Positions 31,820 to 44,765 of a stretch of 64,000 nt of DNA are shown here, one piece after another; the first letter of the stretch is position 1, and the number at the start of each line of letters is the position of its first letter. Made by a program: the position numbers and the translations under genes. This DNA comes from Schizochytrium sp. TIO01. Its lineage: Eukaryota; Protista; Bigyra: Labyrinthulomycetes. The notes below the pieces were generated by a model. It was given only the letters and a program-made list of their open reading frames with translations. It ran no database searches and had not been told where the DNA came from. Location: assembly GCA_004764695.1 (NCBI GenBank), contig SMSO01000031.1, positions 1,712,436 through 1,776,435 of the forward strand, in the 5' to 3' direction.

Positions 31820-33256
31820 TTAGTTGGGGTGAGACCCATAGTCATAGTAAAACGTAAGACAGTACTTGGATACCTTGCCAATTTGCCCATCAGAAAGACG
31901 TTGGACAGTGACATAGTCCGAGTAAGGATATTCCATGCCCTTTGCTAAATCGCCATCTAGCAAAAATACTGGGTCGCCACGTCCAACTGCGATGATGTTA
32001 TGCGCGAGCATGGCAGGATCTGACTCGTTGACGCTGTGATCTTTGGTGACCACAAGCTTGGTGGCACCGTAGGCCAGCGGGTTCTTGGATTTTGTAGCTT
32101 GCTGCTGAGAAAAGCTTTGCGAGAGAGGTGGCGGAGGATGTGGCGGAGCAGCTTGTGACTGCTGAGGTGTTTGAAGACGGTGATTGCTGGAGGAGGAAGA
32201 TGGCTTGGGAGGAGGTGGGGGAGGAGGTGGCGGCGTTGCGCGGCTGGATGATGTACGACTCGAAGTCCTCTCCAATGAAGCATATGCCGATCCGCTGTAG
32301 TCACCTAGACCAATAAGGTCTTCATTCGCACCCCAGCCATTTTGCGCACTGCTTGCTTTCCCATTCGCTAAAATGGGCTTGTTTGAATTCATATCCAAGG
32401 CCCCAGTCAGTAAACCCTTGCCATTAGCTGCCATGGCTTGCTCTTCATTTGTCATACGGCGAGCAAGGCGGGTTGAGCTCGATCCAGTGCCAGTAGCTTC
32501 CATCGCAAGACGGCGTGCCTCTGTAAGATCATCGTTGTCACGGCCACCAAGAGGCTCATCCCATTCGTCAGATTCCTGCGAAAGCAATGCAATGTTGTTG
32601 CGAACATCGTCAAGACCATCGTCAAAACGCCGCCCTGCACAAAGATTGTTGAGAACGTGATGCAGGGTCGCAATCCACTCTGCCTTGATGCCAGAAGGAA
32701 CTGGCACCTCGCCTTGCACAATATTGCGCAAGTGTGCATGTCGTGTACCATAGAAACCGCGGTTGTCCGTGGATCGTGAGATTAGAAGGGCTCCCTCTAG
32801 TGAAATGCCAACGAAGAGACCCTGACTCATGCTATATGAAAAACAGCCGACAAAGCCCTTGCCGGAAAGGCCAAGCTCTGCTTTTACAGTACGTCCTAGT
32901 GGCCCAGCAGAAATAGCGTAGTCCCCACCCAGCTTGAGTTGGCCGTGTGATTCAAAAGCCCGCACGGAGCTCTCATCGTTGAGGACAATTACAATGTCAG
33001 CTTTCTGGCCTCCAGCCTGTAGCCCAACTCCGACACTGGTCATCACAATCGATGCAGGAGGACTCCATCGGTTGTTAGAAAGACGCTTCATGAAAATTCC
33101 CGTACCAAGGGTACCGCTAAACAGCCACGCGCCTTTAATCTGTGTCATGAAGACAATGCCACGAGCATAATGCAAAACCTCCATTGGAATGATTCCTTCT
33201 CGGTCTGAGCGGCGCAGCACCTTAATGCTGCGCTGTACTTGACCTTTCATATTCAT
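31820..33256 (-). CDS. SYLF/Ysc84 (SH3YL1-like) domain protein with Pro-rich linker and SH3-like C-terminus
   Basis: WSPP...GVGLQAGGQKADIVIVLN...AGPLGR...YSMSQGLFVGISLEG is the Ysc84 actin-binding domain signature; poly-Pro stretch. Start uncertain, a 5' exon is possible. Confidence 0.9.
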   Translation of the reverse strand: MNMKGQVQRSIKVLRRSDREGIIPMEVLHYARGIVFMTQIKGAWLFSGTLGTGIFMKRLSNNRWSPPASIVMTSVGVGLQAGGQKADIVIVLNDESSVRAFESHGQLKLGGDYAISAGPLGRTVKAELGLSGKGFVGCFSYSMSQGLFVGISLEGALLISRSTDNRGFYGTRHAHLRNIVQGEVPVPSGIKAEWIATLHHVLNNLCAGRRFDDGLDDVRNNIALLSQESDEWDEPLGGRDNDDLTEARRLAMEATGTGSSSTRLARRMTNEEQAMAANGKGLLTGALDMNSNKPILANGKASSAQNGWGANEDLIGLGDYSGSAYASLERTSSRTSSSRATPPPPPPPPPKPSSSSSNHRLQTPQQSQAAPPHPPPPLSQSFSQQQATKSKNPLAYGATKLVVTKDHSVNESDPAMLAHNIIAVGRGDPVFLLDGDLAKGMEYPYSDYVTVQRLSDGQIGKVSKYCLTFYYDYGSHPN

Positions 33257-36200
33257 GGTGCCTTTTCCAAATAATCCCCCCAGATGCTGGGAGAGCGCTT
33301 TCAAGTTGCTTGTGCAGAAGACAGAGAGTGTCTCTGTGTTACTAATTTAGCAACAAAAGCTCGGCAAAGGACGAACTTTTTGTAACAATCGAACCTTTAC
33401 AAAACAAACTCCAGGTCCTGGATTCTCCTCAGGCCAGTCGTCAACACTCGGGTTATGCCTTACCCCGAACTGAAGCAAGTGCAACCAAAGGCTCAAAAGT
33501 AGTCAGCCCTGATATATATGTATTTATACGAGAGCAAACACAAGCCTCCTACTGATTGCTAAGGAAACTTGTGTACCCTCAAGGAAAGAAGCCGAAGGGG
33601 GTGTGCCGCGGCCGGTCGGCTGCAATGATCCTTTGGACTAGCACGCTAGTAGGCCCAAAACGCGCCGCTCCTAAGCACCGAGAGCAGCGTCAGGCTTATG
33701 CAGAGAGGTTTCTCTGCTAGGTGATGCACGCCTCACAAACGAAAGGCGCCCAAGGCAGACAAGAGTTGAGTTTTCTATCTGATGCTTTGGATCTTTATGT
33801 TCACTAGGTTCCCCGTATTCCCAGATCAGTTCCACCCACATAATATATCCTTCTTCCCTCGTTTCGTGAAACGGTGGGTCCCAAAGGTTTAAATGAAGGA
33901 AGCGACTACTTTAAGGATTGTGATCTCCCTGGAGCAGTAAAGGGGACATTAATATCACCGGGTTAGTAAACTTTCTCTATGATATCAGCTTTTGCTCCCA
34001 CAGAAGGTTTATCCTGGCTGGTTTTAAACTTATTAGTTGAGGGCTGGTTACAACGTAATTTAATTCACAAGAAGTGAAAAAATACACTTTCACATGTTGG
34101 GCATTTCCGAGTAAACCTTTTTTTTGTTGAGTTTTATTCTCTTCAAAGTAAACGGAGACCACAAAATACTCTCCCTGTATGTCTCTCTAATTTCAGACAA
34201 AGTAATGTTGTCATCATGGCTTTGTCGATTTAGCGCCATGTTTATTGAGCACCTATTATATACACGTACATGTTCGACAATAATCCGTCCAAGTTTTCCG
34301 CCAAGGAATTTCTCTCAAAGATCTCATTTTTTGATTAAGTCCACGAAAGATCTATGATAAGCAATTTTGCCCTAAAGCGAATCCCACAACTCGTCACACT
34401 TATTTTTATGCTAGCATCTGTAAACACAAAAGTGGTGAAAACTTTTTGAAAGTGCAAGAGGTTGCCGAGACAAGCACGCACACGGGGCAATCTTTACTCT
34501 CAAGTCCAGACCATGGACACAAGGGGCCACCGAGGATGAGTTTCGCATTGTGGTTGCATTAAGTGCGGTCCAGATGTTACGATTTATTGGACCTCCAAAT
34601 CTTTGGGATATTTAATGATTGATGTACTGGGTCCTAGACTCGCTCCCATGCTTTTAGATCCCTGCTTGTCAACAAATACGGATCTTTTTTATATGAGTAG
34701 TCCTCCTTAATACTAGTCGCTGACCGAGAATTATGTAGATATTCCGTCTGGATTTTGAAGAATTTCACTACAATCAGATTTTACCACGATCTAAACGAAT
34801 TCTGAGAGTAGAATAGCAACAATGAAATTGTATAATGATGAAGGCTTAACCAAGAAAACGGTCAAGCCTTTGCGGGTAAAATGGAGGTTATTCTGCGAAA
34901 TTGCCAATTCAAGGAGAGCCTAGATGCGCGCTTTCATGGGATCAATGAATTCCAAAGTCCTTTCCCACAGCTTTCCCCTTTCCGGTATTTGTAATTCTAC
35001 CTTTTTTAATTTCACTCGCTTGAGGTACATTAAATCAATCATTTAATAAATCCTGGGATGCAGCGCGTGTCGAAGAGGGAGCGGTTTTTCGAATACTTTT
35101 AACTTACACAAGATTTTCTTTAAATCGTCACACTCCAGTGCCTGGGTTTTCAGTTCAGCTCAGCGCTACTCATCAACCCTTCTTTTACTCTCTATACAAG
35201 AAAGCCTCGTTTTGTGAAAGCCGCGCAAACATGGAAACCAAAATCATTCGAGACTTGTTCAAATGTACCCACATTTTTGTGGTGTACCATTTGAGATTGA
35301 CCCATTCACTTCTTCTCATAAAAAAAGGTATTTTTCAAACAGACAAAGACAGAAAGATGCAACCTATAATTTCTCGCTTTTTCTTTCTACTATCATCAGT
35401 CTCGCCGCTCAGCATCATCTCCTACGGAAACTACTGCACCACTCGCAGCCCTTTTACAATAGCCCTTTCATTGGCTGCTGATACTTGTTTGAGCACTTGT
35501 CCATTCCCAAAATCGTATTTAAGGGATGATTTTATTGTCACGCGATTAGTTCAAAACACTCAAGTTGTACTAGTTAGTCACTATATTGTTTAACTATCAT
35601 CTGCCCCCCCCCCCCCCTTCGTAGGCCTTGCATTGCTGATACAAGCTGGCCACCCCGGATCCCCGGATCCCAATCTCTCGGCAAATATTTTTGCCGGAAC
35701 TAGTGAAGTGACAGCAAAAACAAAACACGACACCATGCACCTTGGACGCTTGTACACGTCCCAGTCTTTGTTTCCATCTAAGATGGACTGAAATAGTGTG
35801 TCACTAGTTAAACCTCTTTTCTAAGGTAGTACACTGACGCGGCAAATACTTTCAAAGGCATGCAATATACTGATGACAGCTTACTTGTCGGCAAATAAAT
35901 AAGGCGTTGCAATCTTGACTGAGCCGTGTTTTTTCTTTTGTATTCGGTGCTCCTCGAAGAATACAGAAGCATGATATCTGTTTGAGGAGCGAGACTCCGC
36001 ACATCGCGAAAGAAGAAAAAATATTTTCAATTGCAAAAGAAAAAATAAGAAAAAGAGCATCTTTTAAACTCTTATTCTATGAAGTAGGCAGGCTGAATAG
36101 GTCCCAATGGATACAATTCACAATTGAAGAATTAGGAAACGAATGAAGTTGCCATAATCGCCCTCGTTGTACAAAGAGATTCGTCTGGACTATAGATATC

Positions 36201-39200
36201 TTCCCTTCTTTTTTTGTTTTATTTTTTATTTTTTAAATAAAATAAAAATAGAAATTTACAAAGAAAGGTTGGAAAAATACACCAAGACACATCCCAAAAC
36301 GTTGCTTTTTTGGTGCTATGCAAATCTCCCCAGTATATTGACAAAACCTCTTTGCATACCAAACATTCGAGCGTTCCTCCTTTTTACAGTACAAGTGGTG
36401 TCTGCAGCCGACGTTTTGTGTTTTCTTCTTTGTTACTTTTCTTTCTGAGTTAAAAATAAATAATTTTTATTTTTTTTAAAGTTAAAATATATAATTAAGA
36501 ATTGTTTATAAAAATTAAAGCCATGGATAATAGTTTCTTATCTTTGGTGGCGGTGGGCGGTAAGAAAGTCTATGCTCAACTATCTAGGCTACTTAAAATC
36601 ATTACTTTATTAATATGCTCGGTAGTATAAACACATAAACGTCAGAGCTTATATATAGCTCCTAGCAAAGAGGGCTATATTTCCCATCTAAAGTGTCTCC
36701 TTCCTCAATTCACCCCTTGCTGCCAAATCAAAGTAACAAAAATATCAAACTGAGAGAATCACAAATGACAGTAGTATCCATAAGAAGTTCAAGCATCTGA
36801 CGCCAGCACTTCACAACTACAATCATAGATCACATGAAGTTCTTGAGAGTGGAGCGTTTCCAAGCTTTGTGATTGCTGTGTAACCAACCAAATCGATATC
36901 GTCAGCATATAGAATCGGTGACCCTTCCCAGTTCTACTACCTAGGTAGGTGGGGCCTACTAGTAGTTATGCGATAGAAATAAAACGTGTAGGTATGTAGG
37001 TCTGTCTACTCATGAAACGTGGTTAAGTTTTCTTATTGACCGCTGAGTTAAGCATAAGCAATAAGCAAGCAAGCAAATAAATCAACAGAAACAGAATCAA
37101 ATAGTTATATTATAATTCATGGTGATCAAATTCACAAGCTTTGATGGAATCCAACTGTTGTTTTAAGTCATCCTTATGCTCTGAAAATGGATACCGTATG
37201 CCCTAAAAGGCTGTTAGTCTTCCGAACACCACAGTGACGAGCCCAGTAGCAAATGTTTTGCGAAACCCAGAACTACATGCGAGAGGCGATTTGCGCCAAT
37301 ATACTACGGTGCGGCCAGGAGGGTCCATTCAAGGTATATCCTAATGATCATTATGATGGTCACGAAAATTACCAGGTCCTATCTTTAAGTAAAATGCTGC
37401 TTATTTGCCAATTAGATCAACGTCATCCAGACAATGATTTGGGAAACAAGCTTGCAACTCAAAGAGTAAGAGGACCAACTTCAACAAAACCACCATCGCC
37501 GAGGTAGATCTACTGAGAACTTGCATTCAAGCTTAGAGACGGCACAGAGAAACAAAAAGGAAGAAGAAGAATACATAAAACCAAGAATTCATCCACACCA
37601 TTAAAACTATCTATGAGCATCGTTATCGCTGGCCCAAGGCTCTGTACAAAGTCATCTCCACTGATTGCAATGAGCGACCCCGTGTGTGGCGAGATTCTGC
37701 AATTGCGTAGCAGCTGCTGCAAGTCCGAGGTTCACTGATAGTAGTACTTCTCTGGTCTCCACTCCTTTTCATCCTAGCCACTCGCTCGTTGACCATAAAG
37801 AGGGCAGTACCCAGGTATTCAGAGAGACGCCCATATTATCACAGGCTGTGACTATTGCAGTAGATGGTAGGTACCTAACTAGAGAAAGAAAGCAAAGGCA
37901 AAAAGGGGGTGTGAGTGGTAGGTAATGATAGTAGTACTCAGATCAACCTCCTCATACCAAACTTGAATCATGGTGGTAGTAACCCATGACTTTTCCAACG
38001 AGCGAGCATGCCCGCCTGTAGCCAATTAGCAGACTAGCAATATCGTTGGGCGAGGATCAAAGCACGCAAAGTTGACGCCAGCTATGCCTTCAATATGAGG
38101 AGCGAGCGACAGCCGGCTTTCTTTCTTTCTTTCCCTTTCCTTCATTCTTTGGAGTGCCATGCATCTTGCCCAGTGCCTCCGTTAGTCGCATGGGTAACTA
38201 GTCCTATGCACTACCGAATTTGATGCGTGAGATGCGAGGTATGAGGGAGGTCCTTCCCTGTCAGGGAACGATCCAGTAGCTTTTTGGTTTCTGTATTAAA
38301 ATGCTGGCAGCCATAAACATCGTAGAATATCTGAGCTCGTTGTTCTCTTTCTCTGTACAGAGTTTCCATTCTTCAATCAGGTCAGATACCAACCTACTTT
38401 GTACCTCGTTTCATATAATAATTCATGAGTAAACGAAAAGAACCTTTTCTAAACTCTTTTTTTAAAATATGCAATTTTTAATGAAAGTTAAAGTCCTCAG
38501 CCAACACAAACATAAAAAACATTTCGGTGAACTGCCCTCTAGGGATCCTCTACCTCCCTCTAGGCCTGGTCATCGCCTCCGCGGGCGCTCCTCTCAGCTA
38601 CGACCCAATATGGTCATCTTTACATACTCGTATTGTATTCTGGATCACACAAACCAAACCCGCCTAGGCCCCTCCTACTCCCTCCTTAGTAGCGTGCTGT
38701 CCTAGGGCAATAGGTAGCTAGGTGTTGAAGAGTAGGTATGATAGGACTCTTTCTCTCTCTCTCTCTCTCTAACTGGGTACCCATATAGAAAGAAATGAAT
38801 GAGACTCTCGTTGAGCATAATAGGCAGGTAGGTATCATAACACTTATTAGTACCAACCAGAATAATTTTATTTGTCTGAATGAAATGTGTGGCATATGAG
38901 TAGTACTTCCTACCTCGTTGGTACGAGTGGAGAAAGGAGAGCAGCAATACTACTTCTCTTGTGCAGAGACACCGCTGGCCGTGAGCGAGCTGAGCGGTAC
39001 CGGTGCGAGGCGGCGAGGGCGGACCCTTTCTCCGCTCGCGCTCTCGCCATCCTCACCCCATTGGCCCTCCCCTCGGCGACACAGGTGTCCCGAAGGCGGT
39101 GCGGTGGGCGAGGTGGCACCTCTCGCGCTCTTGAGAGGCGGCGAGCTTGCTTCAATTCTTTTCAAATCTCGCCCTAGAATTGACTCCTTTTGGCTTCACA

Positions 39201-39555
39201 GGCTCGCTCCGCTCCAACAGCTTGCTTGCAGGCCTTGCGTACTTGTAAGCCTTTGCAGAGAGATCTTCTGGGGACCCCAGCGACGCGGCTTGGACAAGTT
39301 GCCCAGGAGTGCGGAATCAAGAGCAGGCGCTTTTCGCTGATAGACCTCGACTCTTTCATTTGTCTATTTCCTTCGAATTTCCGAGTACGGACGATTGAGG
39401 AATTGGAGGAATTCTTTGGCGATTGTGCTGCAACTCACAAACTAAATCTTCGTTGTACTACTCAAATCTGGTCTTCGAAGTGCTCCAATTAAGCATACAG
39501 CTAGTACATCAACGTGCTATCTCACCTAATCATCTGACGAAACTAATAGGGCAAA

Positions 39556-42519
39556 ATGCTCTTTGATGGTATTCCCGAGGCTCGCCGCCAGCGTTTTGAT
39601 ACTTATGCGCTGGAGCAACCACTGCCGACATCAACGCCGCCGGCACCAAACTCGCCGTCTCCGAGCATTTCTGCCAGCAGCGCTTCTGGTGTACGTCCTG
39701 TGAGCCCAAGCTCAATTTCAAGAGCGCGGTCTCCTTGCGAGGATGGCCATGACGCTAGTAGCATCATTGCTGCCAACAACACCAGCAGCAGTAGCGTCGG
39801 CAATAACGTGAACAATGCAGCTCACAAGGTCTCGGTATACAAGAGCAACCAACACGACACTGATCTCCGTAACAAACTCGCTGCCGCATGGACTGCCAAA
39901 CATGGTCTAGATCTCGTGGTCTTTGTGAAATGTATTGCGCCCCGCGAGGATGTTTTGCGTGAGTTCAAGGGAAAGCCCATTGCATGCTTTGCTGATGGTC
40001 TCGCTAATATGCGCATGCATAGCATGGTTGTTACCTCAATGTCCCCACTTTTGCAACACACGCTTCGCGGCCTTCGCGCTATGAACCGAGTCGCAGCATC
40101 ATCCACGAACCAGGCGCTCAACAACAACCTTTCCAGTCTGCTTGCCGCACAAAAGTCAAAACTCAAAACAAAGTCCATCCTGCCGGATGGCGCTGAAATG
40201 GTGGATAAACAGATTATGCAAGAGTCTGGGCTCACCCCAACCTTTGAAGGTATCTCATGCTTCTCACTCGATAGCGCCCATGTGGAGGGTATGGCTTTTT
40301 TCAGAGCTATCAACTTCATTTATACTGGCTCGCTTGCTCTCTCTGATGCAAATGTATCTGAAACTTTGCGCGCTTGTCACTTTCTTGGCCTCCAAGGCGG
40401 TGTCGACCTGTGTGTGGAGTACCTTTTACAAAAACTTCAGCCGTGCAATGCACTTCGTATCTGTGCCCTAGGCAACCTATTCGACTGTGGACGACTTGAA
40501 GAACTTGCTGATGAGTATCTCAGTGATCACTTTATGCAAGTGACTCAGGAAACTGAGTGGCTTGAGCTTGCTTCTGACGCTGTAGAGCGTCTTTTGCGTC
40601 GCGATAACCTCAAGTGCTCAAGCGAGGCTTCAGTCGTGCGTGCCTTGGTTCGTTGGGCTAGCTATACTCCTGTAGATACACTCAAGCCCGTATCTGCAGA
40701 CCGTGACAACAACAATGGTACTGATAGCACTGACGGTGATATGACTGGTGGCAACAAGGCCTTAGCTTCTTCAACTTCATCTTCTTCGAAGAAGCGTACC
40801 AAACGACCACTCAGCTCGGGGTCCAGCAAACGTAACAGACCTTCATCATCGAACTCTCCCACTGGTGAATCTCATGATGCCGAGGATCCCAATGCGTCAC
40901 TCGTCAATGGCGAGAGCGAGAAAGACGAAGAAACAGGTTCTGTCTCTGCCACGACAGCAGCAGGAGCAGTAGCAACAGCGGATGGTTCAACAGATGCCTC
41001 TAAGCTTGATCAAGAACAACAGGCTGAAGATAAGAAGGCAAACTTATTTAAAGAGGACGATGACGAAAACGAAAACGGCCAAGACGCTGACGACGAGGAA
41101 GAGGATGATGACGACGATGATGACCTTGATGATGACGACGATGATGACGACGATGATGAGGAGGAAGAAGAGGATCGTAAGAAAGCATTTGCCCGTATTC
41201 TTGAGAATGGATCGATCAGATTCGCGCATTTGAGTGACGAGGAAATCGAGCACTTGAACCAGGAGCTAGAGGACACGCCCGATCTTCTCGAGATTTGGAA
41301 GCGCACGATTGGCTGGGAAAAGGTCAAGCGTGAGCGTCGTGCGGAGCGTATTGCACGGGTCCAAGTCGCGGACGACGATGTCCAAGCACCGGTCATGAAT
41401 GGCTCTGGTATGGCTCATAATGGAGAAACAGGTATCGCTAATGACGACGCCATGGACACAACCAACAATGATGATGAAGACGACGACGACGATGCTGAAA
41501 CCGCTGGCGAAGAAAACGATGCTGATGACGACGATGATGATGATCATGCCATCCCCAACTTGCGTCGCTATGAAATGGCTCGGGGGAGCCAGGTCAAGGA
41601 CGACAAGTGCGAGTTTCTCCTCGAGGGGCATGGGGGCTATGTTTATGCTGTGACCGAGTCTCCATCTGGAAACCTAGTATCTGGTTCTCGTGATCAAACC
41701 ATTCGGGTGTGGCCTCAGCCAGCATGCGAACATAAACCTGGTACAGAACTAGTTCTCGAAGGGCACTCAGAGCGCGTCTTTGGCCTTCTTACTTTAAGTA
41801 ATGGCAAGGTTGCTTCTTGCTCTTTTGATCAAACCATTCGCATCTGGAACTCTGAAACGTGGGTTTGCGAGCATGTCCTTGAGGGCCATACTGGATGGGT
41901 TGTGGCTATCGCCGAGGTGGCCGGCTGCCTTGTGTCAGGGTCCGCTGATAATACCATCAAGGTATGGAACATTGACACCTGGCAATGCGAGAGAACTTTG
42001 ACTGGTCACACTGATCATGTATACGGTGTCTGTCGCGTCACGGTTCGTCATAAAGGTCGCACGTGTGACCTTTTGGCGACCGGTTCTCAAGACGCGACTG
42101 TAAAGCTTTGGAACCCTCGCCGTAACTGGCGTCTCATCAAGACCCTCCGTGGTCATCGCAGCTCGATTCGCTCAATCAAGCAAGTTGGCAATTTTCTGGC
42201 CACTGCTTCAGCTGACCGCACAATCCGCCTTTGGCATCTTCGCGATCATGTGTTTTGCAAGCCTGCTGGCAAACTCATCGGTCATTCTGATGTTGTGGAG
42301 ACCCTCGTCTGCATTCCATGCCCTGATGGAGGGAAGCCGCTCGTCGGTTCTGCCTCGCGTGACAATTGCATCAAAATTTGGAACACTGAAACTAAGCTTT
42401 GTGTAAAGACTTTGGTGGGTCACCGCAGTTGGGTCAAGTCTCTCTTTGTTCTGTCCTCTGGCAAGCTTGCATCTGCTTCGGCCGACAAGACCGTCCGTGT
42501 CTGGGATCTCAGCGAATAA
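39556..42519 (+). CDS. BTB-BACK protein with acidic insertion and C-terminal WD40 propeller (putative Cullin-3 adaptor)
   Basis: MHSMVVTSMSP...FFRAINFIYTG (BTB), EWLELASDAVERLLRRDNLKCSSEASVVRALVRW (BACK), about seven GH...SGSxDxTIRVW repeats. Confidence 0.88.
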   Translation: MLFDGIPEARRQRFDTYALEQPLPTSTPPAPNSPSPSISASSASGVRPVSPSSISRARSPCEDGHDASSIIAANNTSSSSVGNNVNNAAHKVSVYKSNQHDTDLRNKLAAAWTAKHGLDLVVFVKCIAPREDVLREFKGKPIACFADGLANMRMHSMVVTSMSPLLQHTLRGLRAMNRVAASSTNQALNNNLSSLLAAQKSKLKTKSILPDGAEMVDKQIMQESGLTPTFEGISCFSLDSAHVEGMAFFRAINFIYTGSLALSDANVSETLRACHFLGLQGGVDLCVEYLLQKLQPCNALRICALGNLFDCGRLEELADEYLSDHFMQVTQETEWLELASDAVERLLRRDNLKCSSEASVVRALVRWASYTPVDTLKPVSADRDNNNGTDSTDGDMTGGNKALASSTSSSSKKRTKRPLSSGSSKRNRPSSSNSPTGESHDAEDPNASLVNGESEKDEETGSVSATTAAGAVATADGSTDASKLDQEQQAEDKKANLFKEDDDENENGQDADDEEEDDDDDDDLDDDDDDDDDDEEEEEDRKKAFARILENGSIRFAHLSDEEIEHLNQELEDTPDLLEIWKRTIGWEKVKRERRAERIARVQVADDDVQAPVMNGSGMAHNGETGIANDDAMDTTNNDDEDDDDDAETAGEENDADDDDDDDHAIPNLRRYEMARGSQVKDDKCEFLLEGHGGYVYAVTESPSGNLVSGSRDQTIRVWPQPACEHKPGTELVLEGHSERVFGLLTLSNGKVASCSFDQTIRIWNSETWVCEHVLEGHTGWVVAIAEVAGCLVSGSADNTIKVWNIDTWQCERTLTGHTDHVYGVCRVTVRHKGRTCDLLATGSQDATVKLWNPRRNWRLIKTLRGHRSSIRSIKQVGNFLATASADRTIRLWHLRDHVFCKPAGKLIGHSDVVETLVCIPCPDGGKPLVGSASRDNCIKIWNTETKLCVKTLVGHRSWVKSLFVLSSGKLASASADKTVRVWDLSE

Positions 42520-44009
42520 ACAGTTTGCATAAGTTGTCTGTTGTGAAGATTACCTGGAGTGTCGGCCTTATGTCTCCAGCCCAGTGTGACCTCCTCTCTC
42601 TCGTGACGCTGTATGTTTGATTAACATATCCTCACGTACTTACTTTCCCCTTTATTATTCATTATTGTAGCAAGCAAGTAGATTCTCTTTTCTCAAACGT
42701 CGTGCCGTAGTTTTCGGCTCGTTTCCATCGTAGAACCACATACGGCCCTTAGAACTAATGCAACGCTACACCCATATTATTTCGGACTTTTCACAATGAA
42801 CTATTTCTTCTATTTGTCTTGAACTTTTCATCTTGTCACCTCGCCGTAGTGGCAGTCTCCCATCTTGGTTCTATCTAATTACTTTATAGCTGCATGTTAC
42901 TAGCTAGTACAAATCATCAGCATCCGTTGGCACTTTTGGAAAAAAAAATGTCATATCCTTCTTATCTTGCTGTTTTTCAATATGATGTCTTACAGAGAAA
43001 ACCAAACAGAAAACAATTTCTTCATGTGCTCCTATAGATGAATTTTACAAAAGGCCCCTGACTAAATGTTCAGAGCTGCGATTCTCCAGTGAAAGATATT
43101 GTTTGATGGGATATTTCAACAAGAGTTCGCGCATGAAATAGAAAAAATTCAAAACAAGCAATGGCCAAAGATATAACGGGGGCGCAATGTTCTCCATTTT
43201 ATAAAACATTTCTTCATTTAACCACTGACGAACTTTAAAAGGCACCCAGAATTTTGCTAGTAAAAGTGCTAGTAGGTAGATACCCGTTTGTAAAGAAAGG
43301 AAGTAATGTACACTGTCGGACCTTTACGAAAACACGGCGATATCTTTCCGTAAACAATGACCCCACAGTCGACGAGGATCTTCTACTATAGTACTATTAC
43401 CTACTTGCGTACACATGAGAATGTGTTCAACATTTTCATTGTAACTAAGATAAGGAGCAATTGACCAGTGATTTGTACTAATGAGGTTAACTATGGCTCT
43501 CTATCTTCTTATCACGAGCTGTGAATCAAATCGAACAAGAGCCAAACACAGAAATACAATAGAAATAGGGTGATGATAAAAAAAATGCACATAAAAATTC
43601 AACATGTCATTATGTTTAGAACGGCCTATACTAGTCCCACCATGACGAGTCGCAAGAAATCTTCATGGGGAATGATCCGTTTTTATGATGGAAATAAAGA
43701 AAAGCAAAGCATGAAAGGGACATGTTGGGAGCGATTGCTGTTGGAGTGATAGTGATGACAAACAACAAGCGCGGGACGTCGCGGGCAACCGTAGAAACCG
43801 CAAAAGGGTGGACATGCGAATAGTGAACCAACCAAGAACTGTTGCAAGTTTGCTTGGTCCAGCTAGTCTTCCCTTGTGAGCAGCATCTGTAGCAGCTAGC
43901 TTGTATAAAGAAAGAAAGAAAGAAAGAATGGATGAAGGGGCGGGGCATGAGACGGTTTGGATTTAATTTGGAAAAGACACACAAGCGCTATTTGCGGATG
44001 GCAAAGGGC

Positions 44010-44765
44010 TTAGTTGGCCGGGGCCTGGCAGATCTTGACGAACTCGGGCTTGAGAGAGGCACCACCAACGAGGAAGCCGTCGATGTCCTCCTTCTTGATG
44101 AGCTCGTCGCAGTTCTTTTCAGTGACGGAGCCACCGTAGAGGATACGGGTCTCAGCAGCAACCTTCTCAGAGACGTTCTTCTTGAGCCAGTCGCGGAGCT
44201 CGGCGTGGACCTCCTGGGCCTGCTCGGGAGAGGCAGTCTTGCCAGTGCCAATGGCCCACACGGGCTCGTAGGCAAGAACCATGTCGCTCCACATGGACTC
44301 CTCCTTGAGGGAGGCGAGGTAACCCTGCATCTGCTCAGTGATCACAGACATGGTCTGACCGTTCTCGCGGTGCTCGAGCTTCTCACCAATGCAGCCAATG
44401 ACTGTGAGGCCCTTGGAGACGGCGTAGGCGGCCTTCTCACCAATGAGGGCGCTGGTCTCGCCCTTCTCGCGGCGCTCGGAGTGGCCAACAATGGAGAACT
44501 CGAGACCAAGGTCCACGAGCATGTCAGCGCTGGTCTCGCCAGTAAAGGCTCCAGAGCCGGCGTTCCAGCAATCCTGGGCACCAACCATGATCTCAGAGCG
44601 CATGTTCTTGCGAACATAGTCGAGGTGGACCATAGAGGGGGCCACGCCGACCTGGACGTTCTTGCTCAGAGCAGCGCCGTTGAGGGTGCTCATGATACCG
44701 TCGAGCATCTTGCGGGAGCCATTGAGCTTGAAGTTTCCGCACACGAGGGGAATACGGCTGGCCAT
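44010..44765 (-). CDS. TPI: Triosephosphate isomerase (cytosolic)
   Basis: GNFK, GAFTGE, GHSERR, AYEPVWAIGTG, YGGSV, FLVGGASL; start MASRIP at 44765. Confidence 0.98.
   Translation of the reverse strand: MASRIPLVCGNFKLNGSRKMLDGIMSTLNGAALSKNVQVGVAPSMVHLDYVRKNMRSEIMVGAQDCWNAGSGAFTGETSADMLVDLGLEFSIVGHSERREKGETSALIGEKAAYAVSKGLTVIGCIGEKLEHRENGQTMSVITEQMQGYLASLKEESMWSDMVLAYEPVWAIGTGKTASPEQAQEVHAELRDWLKKNVSEKVAAETRILYGGSVTEKNCDELIKKEDIDGFLVGGASLKPEFVKICQAPAN

Noticed and set aside
33900-38500. Gene or transposon in the long intergenic stretch
   Set aside because: Only short broken frames, with no recognisable domain, terminal repeats or target-site duplication.
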